This document shows, piece after piece, positions 33,498 through 47,991 of a stretch of DNA of 64,000 bases. Below the pieces are notes generated by a model, which was not told where the DNA came from, did no database searches, and saw only the letters and a program-made list of their open reading frames with translations. The DNA is from Eledone cirrhosa (taxonomy: Eukaryota): contig OZ024743.1 of the NCBI GenBank assembly GCA_964016885.1, forward strand, positions 205,096,001-205,160,000, given 5' to 3'. Made by a program: the position numbers and the translations under genes. How positions within the stretch are numbered: position 1 is the first letter of the stretch; the number at the start of each line of letters is the position of its first letter.

Positions 33498-33635
33498 CTT
33501 AATTGTTGTTTGATAAGGTAAATCTTCAGGTTCCCACCAAGGTTTACCTGTAAGTCTATCAACATTATATAAAGAGCGTTGGTCTCTGGAAAGGAATAGT
33601 TTTTTGGCAGCTCCATCATTGTATACTTCCTTGGC
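33498..33635 (-). CDS. ASPH: ASPH exon
   Basis: AKEVYNDGAAKKLFLSRDQRSLYNVDRLTGKPWWEPEDLPYQTTIK, containing the conserved QRSLYNV...PWW motif. 138 bp. Confidence 0.93.
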
Positions 33636-34289
33636 CTGGAAATAAAATAAATATTACATATATTAAGAGTTAGTGGCTTATCTTCCTTTTCTGTTCCTTC
33701 TAATGGCGTATTTTTTTTTTACAAGATACTACTCCATTATATTTATATAATGTCAATGGTTTTTGTAAGATATTACTCAATTATATTCATATAATGTCAA
33801 TTTTTTAATAAGATATTGCTCAATAATGTTTATGTGTCAATAGTTTTTCATGACATTGTCAGATTTTCTATATTGAATATGTTTGTTTTTCATTTCAGTT
33901 ATTTTATATTGGTCTATCTGTATGATGTCACTTTACATTGACTATTAAATGTTGTTTTAATAATAATAGTGAAAATTATTGTGTACAGTGCTGAGGTGCA
34001 CTATAAAAAAAAAAAATTCAGTCTCCTCAAATGTCTTGAACGTAGATTAGATTCAAGGAAGAGTGCTGAAGATTGGATAGAATTGCAGTCATCTTAGATC
34101 TTAGAGTCTTGTTTATTTCAGTATAGCTGCAATCTCATAAATCTCTCTCAAGCCCAGAGGCTCATCAGAGGCTTATCCCAGTTTCATGGCGTTAAGCGAC
34201 AGAGAGTACAAGACTCACTCCTAGACAGGGTTAAAGTCTGTCTCAAGCCCAGAGGCTCATCAGATCAGTTTGTACCAATTTCGTAGTGT

Positions 34290-34781
34290 TAAGCGACTGA
34301 CAGTACAAGACTCCACTCCAAACAGGACACCAGTCCTTCACAGGGTTAAATCCTCAGCTATTGTTGGTACTCATTTTTAACTGAGTATATTGTAGCTATG
34401 TGAAATGAAGTGTTTTGCTCAAGAACACAACACTCAATCCAGTCCAGGAATTGAATCCATGACATTATGATCATAAGACCAACACCCTTACCACTAAGCC
34501 ACACACCTCCACAGAACACAATTCACAACCCAGTCTAGGAATCGAACCCTCAACACTATGATCGTAAACCAACACCCTCACCACTAGGCCACACACCTCC
34601 ACAGAACACAACTCACAACCCAGTCCAGGAATCGAACCCTCAACATTATGATCATAAGCCCAACATCCTCACGACTAGGCCACACACCTCCACGGAACAC
34701 AACTCACAACCCAGTCCAGGAATCGAACCCTCAACATTATGATCGTAAACCAACACTCTCACCACTAGGCCACACACCTGC
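34290..34781 (-). mobile_element. SINE with four tandem ~90-bp tRNA-like heads
   Basis: Unit GGAGGTGTGTGGCCTAGTGG...GGTTCGATTCCTGGACTGGG repeated with period 90-91 (anchors at 34501, 34591, 34682, 34772), followed by a single CTTGAGCAAAACACTTCATTTCACAT body. Confidence 0.82.
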
Positions 34782-34831
34782 ACAATCTCATCAACAGTCA
34801 CCAGAAACATAATTAAAATGTATTTATTTAC

Positions 34832-35026
34832 CTTTTGAGGTTGTCCAACACGTTGGTAAGCATCACCAAGATGAAAGAAGAATCTGGCATCAACTGCACT
34901 TTCATCTCTACTCTCAATACCAGACTTTAAGTATGGTATAGCTTTAGCTGGATTATTATCGTTAACCTTGATGATGAATCCTAAATGGGCCATGGCATAC
35001 CCATTATTAGCATCTATTTTCAGGGC
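34832..35026 (-). CDS. ASPH: ASPH exon (TPR region)
   Basis: ALKIDANNGYAMAHLGFIIKVNDNNPAKAIPYLKSGIESRDESAVDARFFFHLGDAYQRVGQPQK. 195 bp, AG/GT junctions. Confidence 0.93.
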
Positions 35027-35559
35027 CTGAAATGATAGTTTTATTCTGTTAGACATATCTATGGCCCTTGTCAGGGGATCCATCTAGAAGAAGGTAAACT
35101 CATATATAAAACCTTAAGTGCAGTTGGTTTTTGGTTGTCCTAGCCTCTACTGGGCCACTAGCATTATAGCTGATTGTTATGACAAGTGGGTTTAGCCCTG
35201 TACAAAGCTTTATCCACTTTGAACAGATTCATGCACAGGAGCCTTTTGGACTCTTGGAGCAAAATCAGGAATTTTGAAGTGAAATACACAGGCCTAACTA
35301 GTTGGGAGTAGGTAATTGTTAACCTGCATGTAGGTAGCTTGGGGTATTGGTTGCTTCATTTTCAATTTGGCAATGGTGCGATTTGACAGCACTCCAAGTG
35401 ACACTACAGCCCTTTTTGGAGGAATAGCACTGCTCACCTGCTAGCAGGAAGGACATAGAAAAGGTGGTCTAAACAAAGCTTGCCAAATTCCAAACTGGCC
35501 AACACCATACAGCCAAAGGTTGTTCTCACTTATGTGGATGAAATGCAAATGATGGAAGA

Positions 35560-36340
35560 AAACTCAAAGTTAAAAACTGGACAAATACGGCAATCTAATC
35601 TGAAGATTGCATGCTGGGATATCCGTACACTGCTGGATTTGTCAGGCTCGGCATGTCCTGAGTATTGCACCACTATAATTTGTTAGGAACTGTCGCATTA
35701 TGATCTTGATATTGTTGCATTGTCTGAGACAAAGCTATCTGATGATAGCCATCTACAAGAAGCTGAGTCTGGTTACTTCTTATTTTACAAAAAGAGGCCA
35801 GGTAATTGGTATCGAGCAACAAAAACATTCATGTCCTTCTGTATGCTGATGATTGTGATCTTGTCACTCCCACTGAGTCAGATCTTCAGCTCCCAATAGA
35901 CTACATTTCGACCTCATGTGATGAATTTAGTCTTACAATCAGCCTCAGGAAAACCAAAGTAATATATCAGCCAGCACCAGGCAAGCTATATATCCCACGA
36001 TTGATATACATCAAGGATAAAATGTTGGTTATTGTGGATATGTTTGTCTCCCTAGGTAGCACCCTATTCAGGTTTAACATCCTTTTGAAGAAATCAATTA
36101 TAGACTTTCCATGACTTATAACAGAAGGCTTGAGTGAAGGCTCTGGTCAAAATCTGACATAAGATTGCCAACAAAAGTTGAGGTCTATAAAGCTTGTCTT
36201 AACTCTGTTATATGGTTGTGAGACTTGGACAACCTATCACAGGCATAGCCAGTGCCTTGAACACTTCCACCAGCATTGCCTGTGTTCTCTGTTAAAACTT
36301 TCATGGTGATCAAATATGCTTGACACCAGAGTACTTTCCA
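35560..36340 (+). mobile_element. Old RTE/BovB-like LINE remnant
   Basis: Fragments LKIACWDIRTLLD, DIVALSETKL, LLYADDCDL, LTISLRKTKV, LLYGCETW with many stops. Confidence 0.7.
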
Positions 36341-38385
36341 TCTCTCTTCTGATCTTCTGACTTTTCTCTACTTTTCTCCACCTCTCTCTATGTTTCAGTT
36401 TCTTTAGCTCTCTTATTTATTTGTTCTGGCTCACAGATCCTTTTATAATGACCAACAGAAAGTTTACTTTTGAATTAGTCCATCACAATGTAGAATCTAA
36501 TTTCTCTTCTACAGAAGTGTATCTGTTGATCCAGGTTCAAATTCTATGTAGCCAGTATCTAAATCAGATTGGGGACATGATTTATCAGTAATACTACAGA
36601 GATAATATACAGTAATTCAGTTGTTGAAATCACACCAAAATTGGAACATATAAATGTGACATGAACCATGACGACCTGAGCAATCTATGCCAGCATAGAA
36701 AGTGAACAGGAAGGTGATGTCCTCATTCTTCTGTCAGCTTTTTCTATGAGAGTTTTTAAAGTAGATTTTCTACCAATGTATTTGTTTCAATCATTGGTGA
36801 TATGATTTATCAAGGATAATACCCTGTAACATTTAGGAATAACACCTTTGTTAACTCTTTGGGTTCTCAGATCATTTTCTGGTCTCTAATTGGCTTCAAC
36901 ATTAGATTTACTGACCAAAGGCACTTCACTGTTCTTGTAAATCTCCATTTTAGTTACTAGTTCTAGCTATTTCTTCTAACATCGCTATACATTCTTACAT
37001 TCTTTGTTCACTCTTGTCTGCATATTATTTGGTAATCATGATTGAGTGGTCAACGACTATACTAGCTCCCCCACCAGACCTTGGTCTGGTCAGGTCAGTC
37101 TTTTGCCTATTACAGCTATCATATAACCCATTACAGACTGCTTCAATGTTAAGTGGTCAGCAACTAAATTGGCTCCTCCATCAGAACCTGGTCTTGTGAG
37201 AAGGATAAGTGGAACTCAAACAGCACAAAAAACAAGAACTGTTAAAAGGGTGGATGAACTCCTCAGAGTCAACAGTCATCCACACCAACTATGGGTTAAA
37301 TAGCTTTACCAACTCACCATTGGCTAAGTGTGATGAATATGACTACACCTCTGGCACCTGACATGACCAAAACCAAACAGAAAGTGGTGGAGGTCAACCA
37401 GGGAAGGGTTCCTCCAACAGGAGTGAGAGCCCTGATTTAGGTATATACCATGATGGATCCTCAATAGCAAATGATATTGTCGCTAGTGTCTTTATCTAAT
37501 GTCACAGCAATGCTGAAGGGAATAAATCTGTAACTATTAGGACACCATAAGAAATAAGAATCAAAGGGTCCAAATTGCTGAGGAAAGCCTTTGGCATTTT
37601 TACCAACTGCGCTATATCTTCAACAAGACATAAGATGGTATATTTACCACCTGTACCATTCTTTCAACAAGGCATAAGATGGTGTATTTACCACCTGTAC
37701 TATCTGTTCAACAAAACAGAAGGTGAATGGTATAATGGTGTATTAAGAGGTTCACAACATATATTTTCAAGCCATTCTAAAATTTTCCCATCACAGAATT
37801 CAACTGCAATGGCAGAACTCAATATATGTGTAACTTCGTTCTTTGTAAAACTGATTCTGAAAATATTAATCATAGATCTATCAGTGACTCTCACCTCTTC
37901 CAGCCACTCAGTAAAAGTATCAAGTAAGATGAGTTCTAAAGTACTAAATAAACATCTTGTATTATGTAACCAACACCAAGCTTTCACTTCAGCTGGTCAA
38001 GGAAGATGAGTTCTAAACAAACATCTTGAACTATGTAACCATGGCCAAGCTTTGTTTTCAGCTGGTCAAGTAAGCTCAGTATTATTCTGTATTGGTTTAA
38101 TCTTATAGCATCTAGAACAATTTCTAATGTAATCTTCAATATCCCAACAACATCCAGGTTACCAGTCTTCCAATCTCAACCCAGTGTTGGACTTACCTCT
38201 ATGTTAAATAAGCTTAGGTCCACACACCCTGGTGGGGGGCTCATTTTAAAAAATATATTTTTTATTTTATCATTAGTTTTTATTCTTTAACACTAAATTA
38301 TCAAAATTATATATATATATTCACACACACATACATGTGTATATATGCACACATACAAACATATATATATATATGTGTATATATG

Positions 38386-38418
<33 letters not shown>

Positions 38419-38959
38419 GAAAGCACCCTGGTAGAGTGCATTTGGTATGGTCATATTTTTTCAATTTGAATCAATGCCAATGTGTGTTCCATGTAAGTGG
38501 TCATGCCTGGCTTATCTTCTCTTTAGGAAGGGTATCCAGCTGTAGAAACCAAACCAAACTCAGTTCTGTATGAGCAAGACATGGTCAGCTGACAGCATTT
38601 CTCACAACAGGATAATTCATCTAATTCATGTTAGTATGGAAAAATGATGTTAAACGATGATGATGATGATATCTATCTTGAGAAAATCAGAAGATATTGA
38701 GCATTGATTTGTATCTATAGTAACTACAACATCCTTTCTTGTATCAGATATTTGTACAACAGATGCTTTAGTAAAATATTTCTTTAATCTTTTCCAACAA
38801 CACCATATAATCTTAGGTCCATAAAATTGAAGAATTCCTTAAATTTGAAGATCCACCATGTTTTCCTAGAATAACCTGGAATAAACTGACTATAAAAATT
38901 GTCATTCCTAGAAATTATTCCAATTATCTTCTATCCTCTGGATTTTTTAGTTCCTTACT

Positions 38960-39210
38960 ATCATCATTTTTACATCCGGTTTTCTACACTTGCATGGGTT
39001 GGACAGGTCCTTTTCAACACAGCTGCTCTCCACTCATCACATTCCTCCGTCATCCCCTCTGTGAGCTTCAGCAATTTGAGATCAGCTCTCACCACCACTA
39101 CCCAAGTTTTCCTTGGTCTTCTTCTACTGCAACTTCCTATTACTGGGATTTCTTGGTATTTCTTTACCCAGCAATCATCATCCATGTACATCATTTGTCT
39201 ATACCATATT
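38960..39210 (-). mobile_element. RTE LINE 3' fragment
   Basis: DDCWVKK...RRRPRKTW...EWRAAVL with a CAT tail. Similar remnants at about 41380-41650 (+), 41700-42700 (-) and 43650-44180 (+). Confidence 0.7.
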
Positions 39211-42200
39211 TGGATATTTTATATCCTAAAACAATCTATTTTTCTACATAAAAACATTCTTTTCATTAATTTTCGTATGATGCGAGGCCAATTTTTGTAA
39301 GATTTCTTTAATTCCTAATTCCTCAGCTATCCTACCACCAATGCATATGTCATCTTCAGAAATAATTATACCTGTAAAATCTCCCAACACATTGTCCATA
39401 GCTTACTGAAAGATAGCACTTACTGTTTTTATACCACATGGTAGACATATCCATATCAGTATGAAATACTAACAGGTAATATTTCTTGAGCTTCATTAGA
39501 TATTTCAATTTAAGCTGCTGTGAAGGCAATCCATCTGGGAGAGCAGTCACTCTGAATAAAAACTAATACAGGATAGAGTGGACAACCTTTAGTGCTAGTG
39601 GCACAAATAATGCCTCCAATCTATGTTGTAAAGTGATTGGTGATGGGAGAGAATATATGAGAGGAATTTCATGCTGCAAAAACTGGCGATGGGCCTGCGA
39701 CATATTCTGGGAGGTGTGGGATGGACATATAAAGATAGTGTATCCGAGACCCCGAAGGAGGGTTTGGAAGGAAGAAAACTTTGACATATATATGTGTGTA
39801 CCATATATTTGAATATATGCTGAGGAATATCTGACCAAAAAAACCTTTAGTAAAATGGAGTGGATGGTCTGCTTATATACACCATCTAAACAATACGTTG
39901 ATTAGCTGCCTCAGTTTATAAAAGGGGTTTGGATTTTTGCCCATTTCTCAAACATAAAATAGGAGGTGGGTCAGTTTATATTCTAGTATATATATATGTA
40001 CGTATATATTGGTAAAGAACCATGAGAACTTAGGACATTTTGTGCTGGTGAAAACCTGCATACCAACCTAAAACTTGACCTGCTCCATTCACATATTCCT
40101 CCTCCCTTATTATAACCCCTTAATAGCTATTTTTGCTATTATTGCGTGCCCATCTATCCCCTGTAGTAGCTTTTCTCAACATCATTGTACACTCCGACTC
40201 CTCCTTTATCTGGGATCACCTCCAACCACCCTAAATCTTCACATTATCTACTCAGGCTCACCACCCACCCATCCTACCACTCTAGATACCCCTTCTCTCA
40301 CTTTTACTAACCCTGACACAATGGTATCCTACTCTACCACCCAACCACCACCCCTCACTCCGATGTACCCCACCCACCACACATTTTTGACAAAACCCCA
40401 TCCCTATCAGTAGGTAGAGAGGGTTATTCAGTTGAGTCAATGACAACCTTTCTAGTGTTGATGATTTACATTATAAACGATCACCCAGTAACCTGTCAGA
40501 CAAAGAGACTCTTCAATTCTGACAACTTTCCTAGTGTTGGTACCGCAATAAAATGTACTCAGCAGAGCATGGGATTGTATGTCAGACTCCTGGCCCAACT
40601 AAACTGTGATGACATGTCCAATGCTTGCTAGCAGGGAACGCAGACGTTAATTGATGATATATATATGTCAATGTATCCTAGTTTTAAGGATAGGTAGAAC
40701 TTATCCTTGTGTGTTGTAAGTTCCTTATTCTATCAAATACTTTTTTTTATATCATTCTAATATATGAAGGTAGTTTCTCATGTTGAAGACAACATATAAA
40801 TGTTTATTAATATATGTGCATGCTTCTTTAACAGATGTTCAATATACATAATGGCAACTAAAAGGGTTGACATCGGGAAGGGCATCAGTCTGTGAAATAT
40901 CTCAAAACTTCCTCTCTAACTATGTTGACATGGAAAAGTGAATGTAAAACGATTGTGATGATGATATAATTATCTCCTCTTGATTTTTAATCCTTTTAAA
41001 TCCCATCAGAGTGATCTCCCTTGTCATGTATCGGCAACATGAAATTTAAACTGACCAATCAGCGTCTCTCCACAATTTTCAATCTGCTGTTCCACGTTTT
41101 CTTATCAAAACGGCTGACTCACCAAAGATGTTCCAGTTTTGGCCAGATTGCTTTTAACTCAGAAAATGGAATTATTCATTTTCTATCATCCATTATTCAG
41201 AACCTTTTCTCTCTTCTGTTACTACACACACATGAAGGACTAGCGTCCAAAATGTTAAGACCCTCTTCCTGCTATTTTCAAGCGTTAACCTAATATTCCT
41301 TCCATATACTGTACCGATTGTGTTGTTATTTCTGTTTACCTTATTGCATATATGAAAACTGGGTTTAAGAGGAATCCGAGGTGGTGGTGCAGGAGAAAAG
41401 ACTGCTTTGGTATGGATATGAGATGTGCATGACAATGGTCGTTGGGTGAAAAAGTACCAGGTAATCCCTGTGAAAGGAAGCCACAGAGAAGTTAACCAAG
41501 AAAGACTTGGGTGGCGGTTGTGAGAGCTGACCTCAAATCACTGAGGAGACGACGAAGGAACGTGACGAGTGGAGAGATGTCGTGTTGAGAAGGACCTGTC
41601 CAACCCATGCAAGTGTGGAAAAACGGATGTAAAAATGATGATGATGATGGTATATATATATACTATCATCATCATCTTTATATCTACCTTTTCATATTTG
41701 CATGGTTTGTATGAGTCTTTTCCAGGACAGCCTCCTTATACTTGTTGCATTCATTTATCACCTCTTCTATGAGTTTCAGCATCTTCAGATCCGCTATTAC
41801 CCAAAACTACTTTGATGATCTTCTGCATCATCCTATCACTTGAAAACCAGGCTCTTCTTCGTCCAATGGTCACCTTCCACATATATCATGTGGCTAGACC
41901 TTCTCTCTTACACTTCTTCAACTTATTTCTGCCTCTTCATCATTTGTGTGCACTAACATTAATGCTGGCCTCATTTCTTTCTAACCGTTGCATATCCTCT
42001 GCATTCACTGCCCATGACTCACTGTCATACAACACCACACTTCATATGTACCATACTATCTATCCTTCAATCAGAGATAGAATCCTTTCATTATGAACAG
42101 AGGTAGTAGCTCTCTAAGCTTTTTCCATCTTGTTTTTATTCAGGTTACTATGCTTTCAGAGCATCTTCCTTCATCATCATCACCATCACCGTTTTACGTC

Positions 42201-44490
42201 CGTTCTTCCACGCTAGCATGGGTTAGATGGGTTGTCCTGTTGTGGGCAGTGTCTGGTCGGCTGACCATGCCTTGCTCATACAGGAACTGATTTGGCTGTT
42301 AATTTGGTTACCTAGGTAACAGAAGCTATCAACTACTTCTATGTAACATCTTTTGGAGTGAAAAAAGTTGGATTCATTAGTACTCTTCCTACTAACTCCT
42401 CCTGTGTGCCTGCCATGCTACACACAATATGTCTTTTTAGCCTACCTGTGACCCCCCTACACTTTTTGTGTACCCATAGTTTATACTATATGGAGTTTCT
42501 ACCAACTTCATTTCAATAAATTTCCTTGATCATAGCACAATCCTGTCTTTTTTCATACTTACTAAAACTTCAGTCTTTGCTCTGAAGCATTTCAATTCTA
42601 GGTTTTGTTTCCACCTTTGGGATTTCTTCCACAGATCTTGTTATAAGTACTAAATCACCTTCAAACACCTCAGACTAACAGCCAGTCTTGAACTCTTTGT
42701 TGTGGCCTGGAGAGTTATATAACTCCTATTTTGGCCTTCTTCAATAGCTTGTTTAAGTGTTGGTTCTACTGAAGGTAGTCCCTCTTTCACTCAGTCCTTA
42801 CATTTAGCAGCCTCTTTCTTCTGAGTGTTATTCTCAACACACTTCCCTCACATTGATACTCTTCTTTGCTATATAGAATACTAGATAATCTCATCATACA
42901 ATATTGACAAACTTCTTGCTTTCAGTTGTTCTCTGTGCTATGTAAACCTGATACCTCACTTCTATTTAAGTTACTTGATATTGTTTTTTGCTGCCCTCTT
43001 TCTTCCTGTTTTCCAAGCCTGTCTAGCTTATATGGCTCTTTCTCCCAGTCTTTCCACACCTGTTTTCACCTTATAATGGCTCTGCCTTTCTCCCAGTCTT
43101 TCCAAGCCTGTCTCCAGCTTATAATGGCTCTATCTGCAGTACTATACTACTACCATGTCACCTTCCATTTATCTGCTACATTAGTCGAACCACAGATTTT
43201 GTCAGCAGATGGGTTATGGATGCAAATGATAAGAGATAGGTATGAGAGATGGTGGAGATCCTGGTTTGGGAGTTCAATATTGGTCAGGAGATACATATAG
43301 GGGACGATGGTGATAGGTGATGAGACAAACAACCAGAGATAGGTATTGATGGAGATCTTGAAGAGGTAGATTTAGGTACATGTGTAAGGGGACAACCTGT
43401 CTAACCCATGCTAGCATGGAAAATGGACATTAAACAATGATTATGATGATATATAATATGTATATATACACACACACACACACACATATATATATATGAG
43501 TATAATTTTGTTGCTTTGGTAAATTAGTGCTTTTGATACAAACCTGTTAAAACTGGCTCTGGTTTGATGAAATAAAAACACTTTGAAAGGTTCCTTAATA
43601 ATGAAATAATTATTTATGTAAATCCCACCAAATTCTTCTTTAGAAATATGGTGAGAGAAGATTCAAATGACTGAACCTGACATAAGAGATGATCACAAGT
43701 GGAAAGAAGCTGTGCTGGAAAGGGTCTGTCTAACCCATGCAAGCATGGGTTGTAATGATGATGATGATGAAAGACAGGATACCATCAGGGAAGAGGCCTT
43801 CCTCAATATCTCAAAAAGGGGCTGGGCAAAAATTGTGTAAGGTGCACAGTACAAGCAATGGATGCAGAAGAGATTGCAGGTATGATGATAGAGAAGGTGA
43901 GTTATGTTTGTGGATGATGTACATGAGAAATAACAATTTTCCAGGTGGCTCCCTAGAAATTGTTGACAGCTTTTGCTATTGAGGTGACCTAAACAGCAGT
44001 GAGGAAGAATGCTCTAAAAGTGTGATAACTGGGGTAAGAACAACCTGGAATCATTTTAGAGAGCTAGTATCTCTTCTGAACCCAAAAGGTTTCTCTCAGT
44101 GAAAGGTAGACAGTATGATGCTTGTGTGCAAACTGTGATGCTTCATAGCAGTGAGACATAAGCCTTGATTGCAAAGGTTGGATAGGTTGTCACAGACCAA
44201 GTCAGTACTTAATCAGAACCACTGATCTCTTAGATGTGCCAGAGGCTGCATCTTGCTTGCATATGTTTCCACAGAGTGCACTGGGTGCATTTTATCATGG
44301 CACCAATACTAAGGAGGCTGTCAAGTCTTTGACACAACTAATGCGTCTAAAAAAGAAACTGGAAAATATCTGTCAATTAAATTAGCAATTGGAATACTTT
44401 CAAAGGTATATTCTACTTCTATTAATTCCATGCTGGCCAGAAAAGAAAAAAAAAATGGGAAAGGGTGCAACAAGAAAAGGTTTTACTAAC

Positions 44491-44627
44491 CTCTTTAAAT
44501 AAATTTTTAGCATCCTCATTACGACCTAATATCAAGTTGGTGATTCCAAGATCATTTTTCACATCAATGCTATTTGGGAAACGTAAATTCAGGAAGGTCA
44601 AAGTTTTGAGAGCTCGGTTGGTCCAGC
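44491..44627 (-). CDS. ASPH: ASPH exon (TPR region)
   Basis: (G)WTNRALKTLTFLNLRFPNSIDVKNDLGITNLILGRNEDAKNLFKE. 137 bp, phases fit. Confidence 0.9.
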
Positions 44628-44802
44628 CTACATCAACATGAAACAATAGCTAACAGACATGAAATAAAAACAAAAAACTTTGTGCCCAAGACATTTCTTG
44701 AAAGCAGATCTGCAACAACAATACTTTAATAGGGTATTAAATGCTTGCAGAAATATTTGTTAAGTCAAAGATATATATATATAAACCAGTCAAATATAAA
44801 CA

Positions 44803-44861
<59 letters not shown>

Positions 44862-45973
44862 AATGCATGCATCCCAATTAGTCAATTACTAAAAGTACTG
44901 CTAGAGATGGAAAAAGTAGACAAAGGTACCTCTGTCTACTTTTATTTATCTCCAGGAATAATTTACCTGATTTTCTCAACTATTATTTATAGTAATCAAC
45001 TATTATTATAGTAATTTGCGTTGGGTTGCACACATTTCAAACGCTTCTTAAGTCAAATGCTTTAAATATACACACATATATATATATATACACAAATATA
45101 TATACATATATATGCACACACACATATATATATGTACAAATATATATATATATGACTGGTTTAAGTCACATGTGTCACTGCCTTCAAGAGTTTTAATAGG
45201 TCATATTGACTTTAGTACATATTTCAACCTGATACATATATCATTTTGCTAAACTGTCCAGTAATAGGATATATAGGAATACAACAGACACATACAATGA
45301 CCTTCTGAAGTTTCTTTCTACCAAATTCTATACATATGGTATCGATCAGTTTGAGACTAAAGTCCAAGGGGTCACACAGTGGGATTGAAATTGGAAACAC
45401 ATGGCTACAAAGTAAACTTCTTAATCACAGAGTTATGTCTGCTGCCAATAAATCTTGCAAAAGAAATACAAAAATTTGGTCTCTGTATTTCTTAACCTTT
45501 TTTTAATATTTGATTTTATTGACATACCAATCGAAACCAGTAATATTTGACAAAATTTAAATCCATTTAATGTAACAAATACAAAATTCTGTTGGATTAA
45601 AGAAAAAAAAAAAAATCAATATTAAATATACCTCCGTGCTTTTCACTTTTACTCTTTGATTTGCATGGAGATTTACCCCCTGTTTTCAACTATATATATA
45701 TATGTTCTTATCTTAATATACATAACATTGTACCTCTAAATGATATTTTGAATGATAGTGCTCTCACGTTGTGAGTTTGATTCCTGGAACAAGCAGTGTG
45801 TTGTATCCTTGAGCAAGACACTTTTATGATGTACATAGTCCACTCACCTGGAAACTATAAAGGGCTGCAACAACAATAGTGCTTTTGCCTTTCCCTTGGA
45901 CAATATTGGTAGTGAGGAGAGAGTTAAGCTAAGCCAAGCCCAGCTAGACAAAATTGTGATAATCCGATCCTGG

Positions 45974-47053
45974 ATCAGATCCAATAATACAGGCAGTCTG
46001 ATAGTGCTGACTAATAATACAGACATCAGATCCAATAATACAGGCAGTCTGATAGTGTTGACTAATAATACAGACATCAGATCCAATAATACAGGCAGTC
46101 TGATAGTGTTGACTAATAATACAGATATCAGATCCAATAATACAGGCAGTCTGATAGTGCTGACTAATAATACAGACATCAGATCCAATAATACAGGCAG
46201 TCTGATAGTGTTGACTAATAATACAGATATCAGATCCAATAATACAGGCAGTCTGATAGTGCTGACTAATAATACAGATATCAGATCCAATAATACAGGC
46301 AGTCTGATAGTGTTGACTAATAATACAGACATCAGATCCAATAATACAGGCAGTCTGATAGTGCTGACTAATAATACAGATATCAGATCCAATAATACAG
46401 GCAGTCTGATAGTGCTGACTAATAATACAGACATCAGATCCAATAATACAGGCAGTCTGATAGTGCTGACTAATAATACAGACATCAGATCCAATAATAC
46501 AGGCAGTCTGCTAGTGTTGACTAATAATACAGACATCAGATCCAATAATACAGGCAGTCTGATAGTGTTGACTAATAATACAGACATCAGATCCAATAAT
46601 ACAGGCAGTCTGATAGTGCTGACTAATAATACAGACATCAGATCCAATAATACAGGCAGTCTGATAGTGTTGACTAATAATACAGACATCAGATCCAATA
46701 ATACAGGCAGTCTGATAGTGCTGACTAATAATACAGACATCAGATCCAATAATACAGGCAGTCTGATAGTGTTGACTAATAATACAGACATCAGATCCAA
46801 TAATACAGGCAGTCTGATAGTGTTGACTAATAATACAGACATCAGATCCAATAATACAGGCAGTCTGATAGTGTTGACTAATAATACAGATATCAGATCC
46901 AATAATACAGGCAGTCTGATAGTGTTGACTAATAATACAGACATCAGATCCAATAATACAGGCAGTCTGATAGTGTTGACTAATAATACAGACATCAGAT
47001 CCAATAATACAGGCAGTCTGATAGTGCTGACTAATAATACAGATATCAGATCC
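45974..47053. repeat. 51-bp minisatellite, 21 copies, intronic
   Basis: Unit ATCAGATCCAATAATACAGGCAGTCTGATAGTGYTGACTAATAATACAGAY; 45974 + 21x51 = 47045. Confidence 0.95.
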
Positions 47054-47236
47054 GATCCCGGATTATATATATATATATGTATTTGTGTATATAAAGCGTG
47101 TAGTTCAAAAAGAACCCTGTAACTCACCTGATGCTTGGTTAATACATCAGATTCATAAAGAAACCTGAAGGGGGTCACTACCTGCTCAACTGATTCACAC
47201 TAAACCAACTTGCCAACATTTTCTTCAGTATGTTCT

Positions 47237-47270
<34 letters not shown>

Positions 47271-47732
47271 TGATTTTGTGTGTATGCAATTATATATATA
47301 TTAGTGTTAAGGCATGTTAAGAGTGTTTACTCGGTAAGCGAATGAAGTGTGGGATCTTGTTGATTGACTCCTTCCTTTGTTACCATATTTCTAATGAAAT
47401 AACTAATCATAAAATTAAAATTTTCCTCCATAAGTATGCACATTTTAAAATGATCAGTTGTGTATTGTGAAACCCGTGTGGTAGTGGGGGTTTCAGTACG
47501 GTTTGTATCAAAAGAGTTAATAAAACATTTCAACAAACCTGCGTACAGTTAAATTCACTTTCTTTTTAGTATATGTTTTTTTGAACAATGTGTTTGTAGG
47601 GGTTATGGACTTAAAGAGACATCCAAAATAACAATAAAAGGCTCACTACATGTTATATGCTTCCATCTAGACTATGTACAACATTTTAACAACAATTCTC
47701 CTAATTTCCATCTCAAATGAAAAGTAATAAGA

Positions 47733-47991
47733 TTAACCTTTTAGCCTTTAAACCGACCATATCCAGCCAGAACTCTCTCATCTTTTCCTGTTCATCTGGC
47801 TGGATACAGCCAGTATTATCTCACCTCTTTCTGTTCAAACCGGTTGTAACCGGCTGCTCATACTGATGTTAAGGTATTGTTCTCAAAATAAATAACATCA
47901 CCAAAATCTCATAGATTCAATATTTTGTGAACTAAAACCTTTACCGTGAAAATACAATAGTAAATATAGAGTAATGTATGTAAAGGGTTAA
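47733..47991. mobile_element. piggyBac-type MITE, degraded
   Basis: TTAA-CCTTTTA ... TAAAGGG-TTAA termini. A similar element lies at 50631-50819 (TTAACCCTTT...AAAGAGTTAA). Confidence 0.5.

Noticed and set aside
37575-38009. 144-aa ORF with short internal duplications
   Set aside because: No recognisable domain; intronic and likely decayed repeat sequence.
45844-47178. 408-aa and 444-aa repeat ORFs on opposite strands
   Set aside because: By-product of a 51-bp (3n) minisatellite inside an ASPH intron; no splice or homology support.
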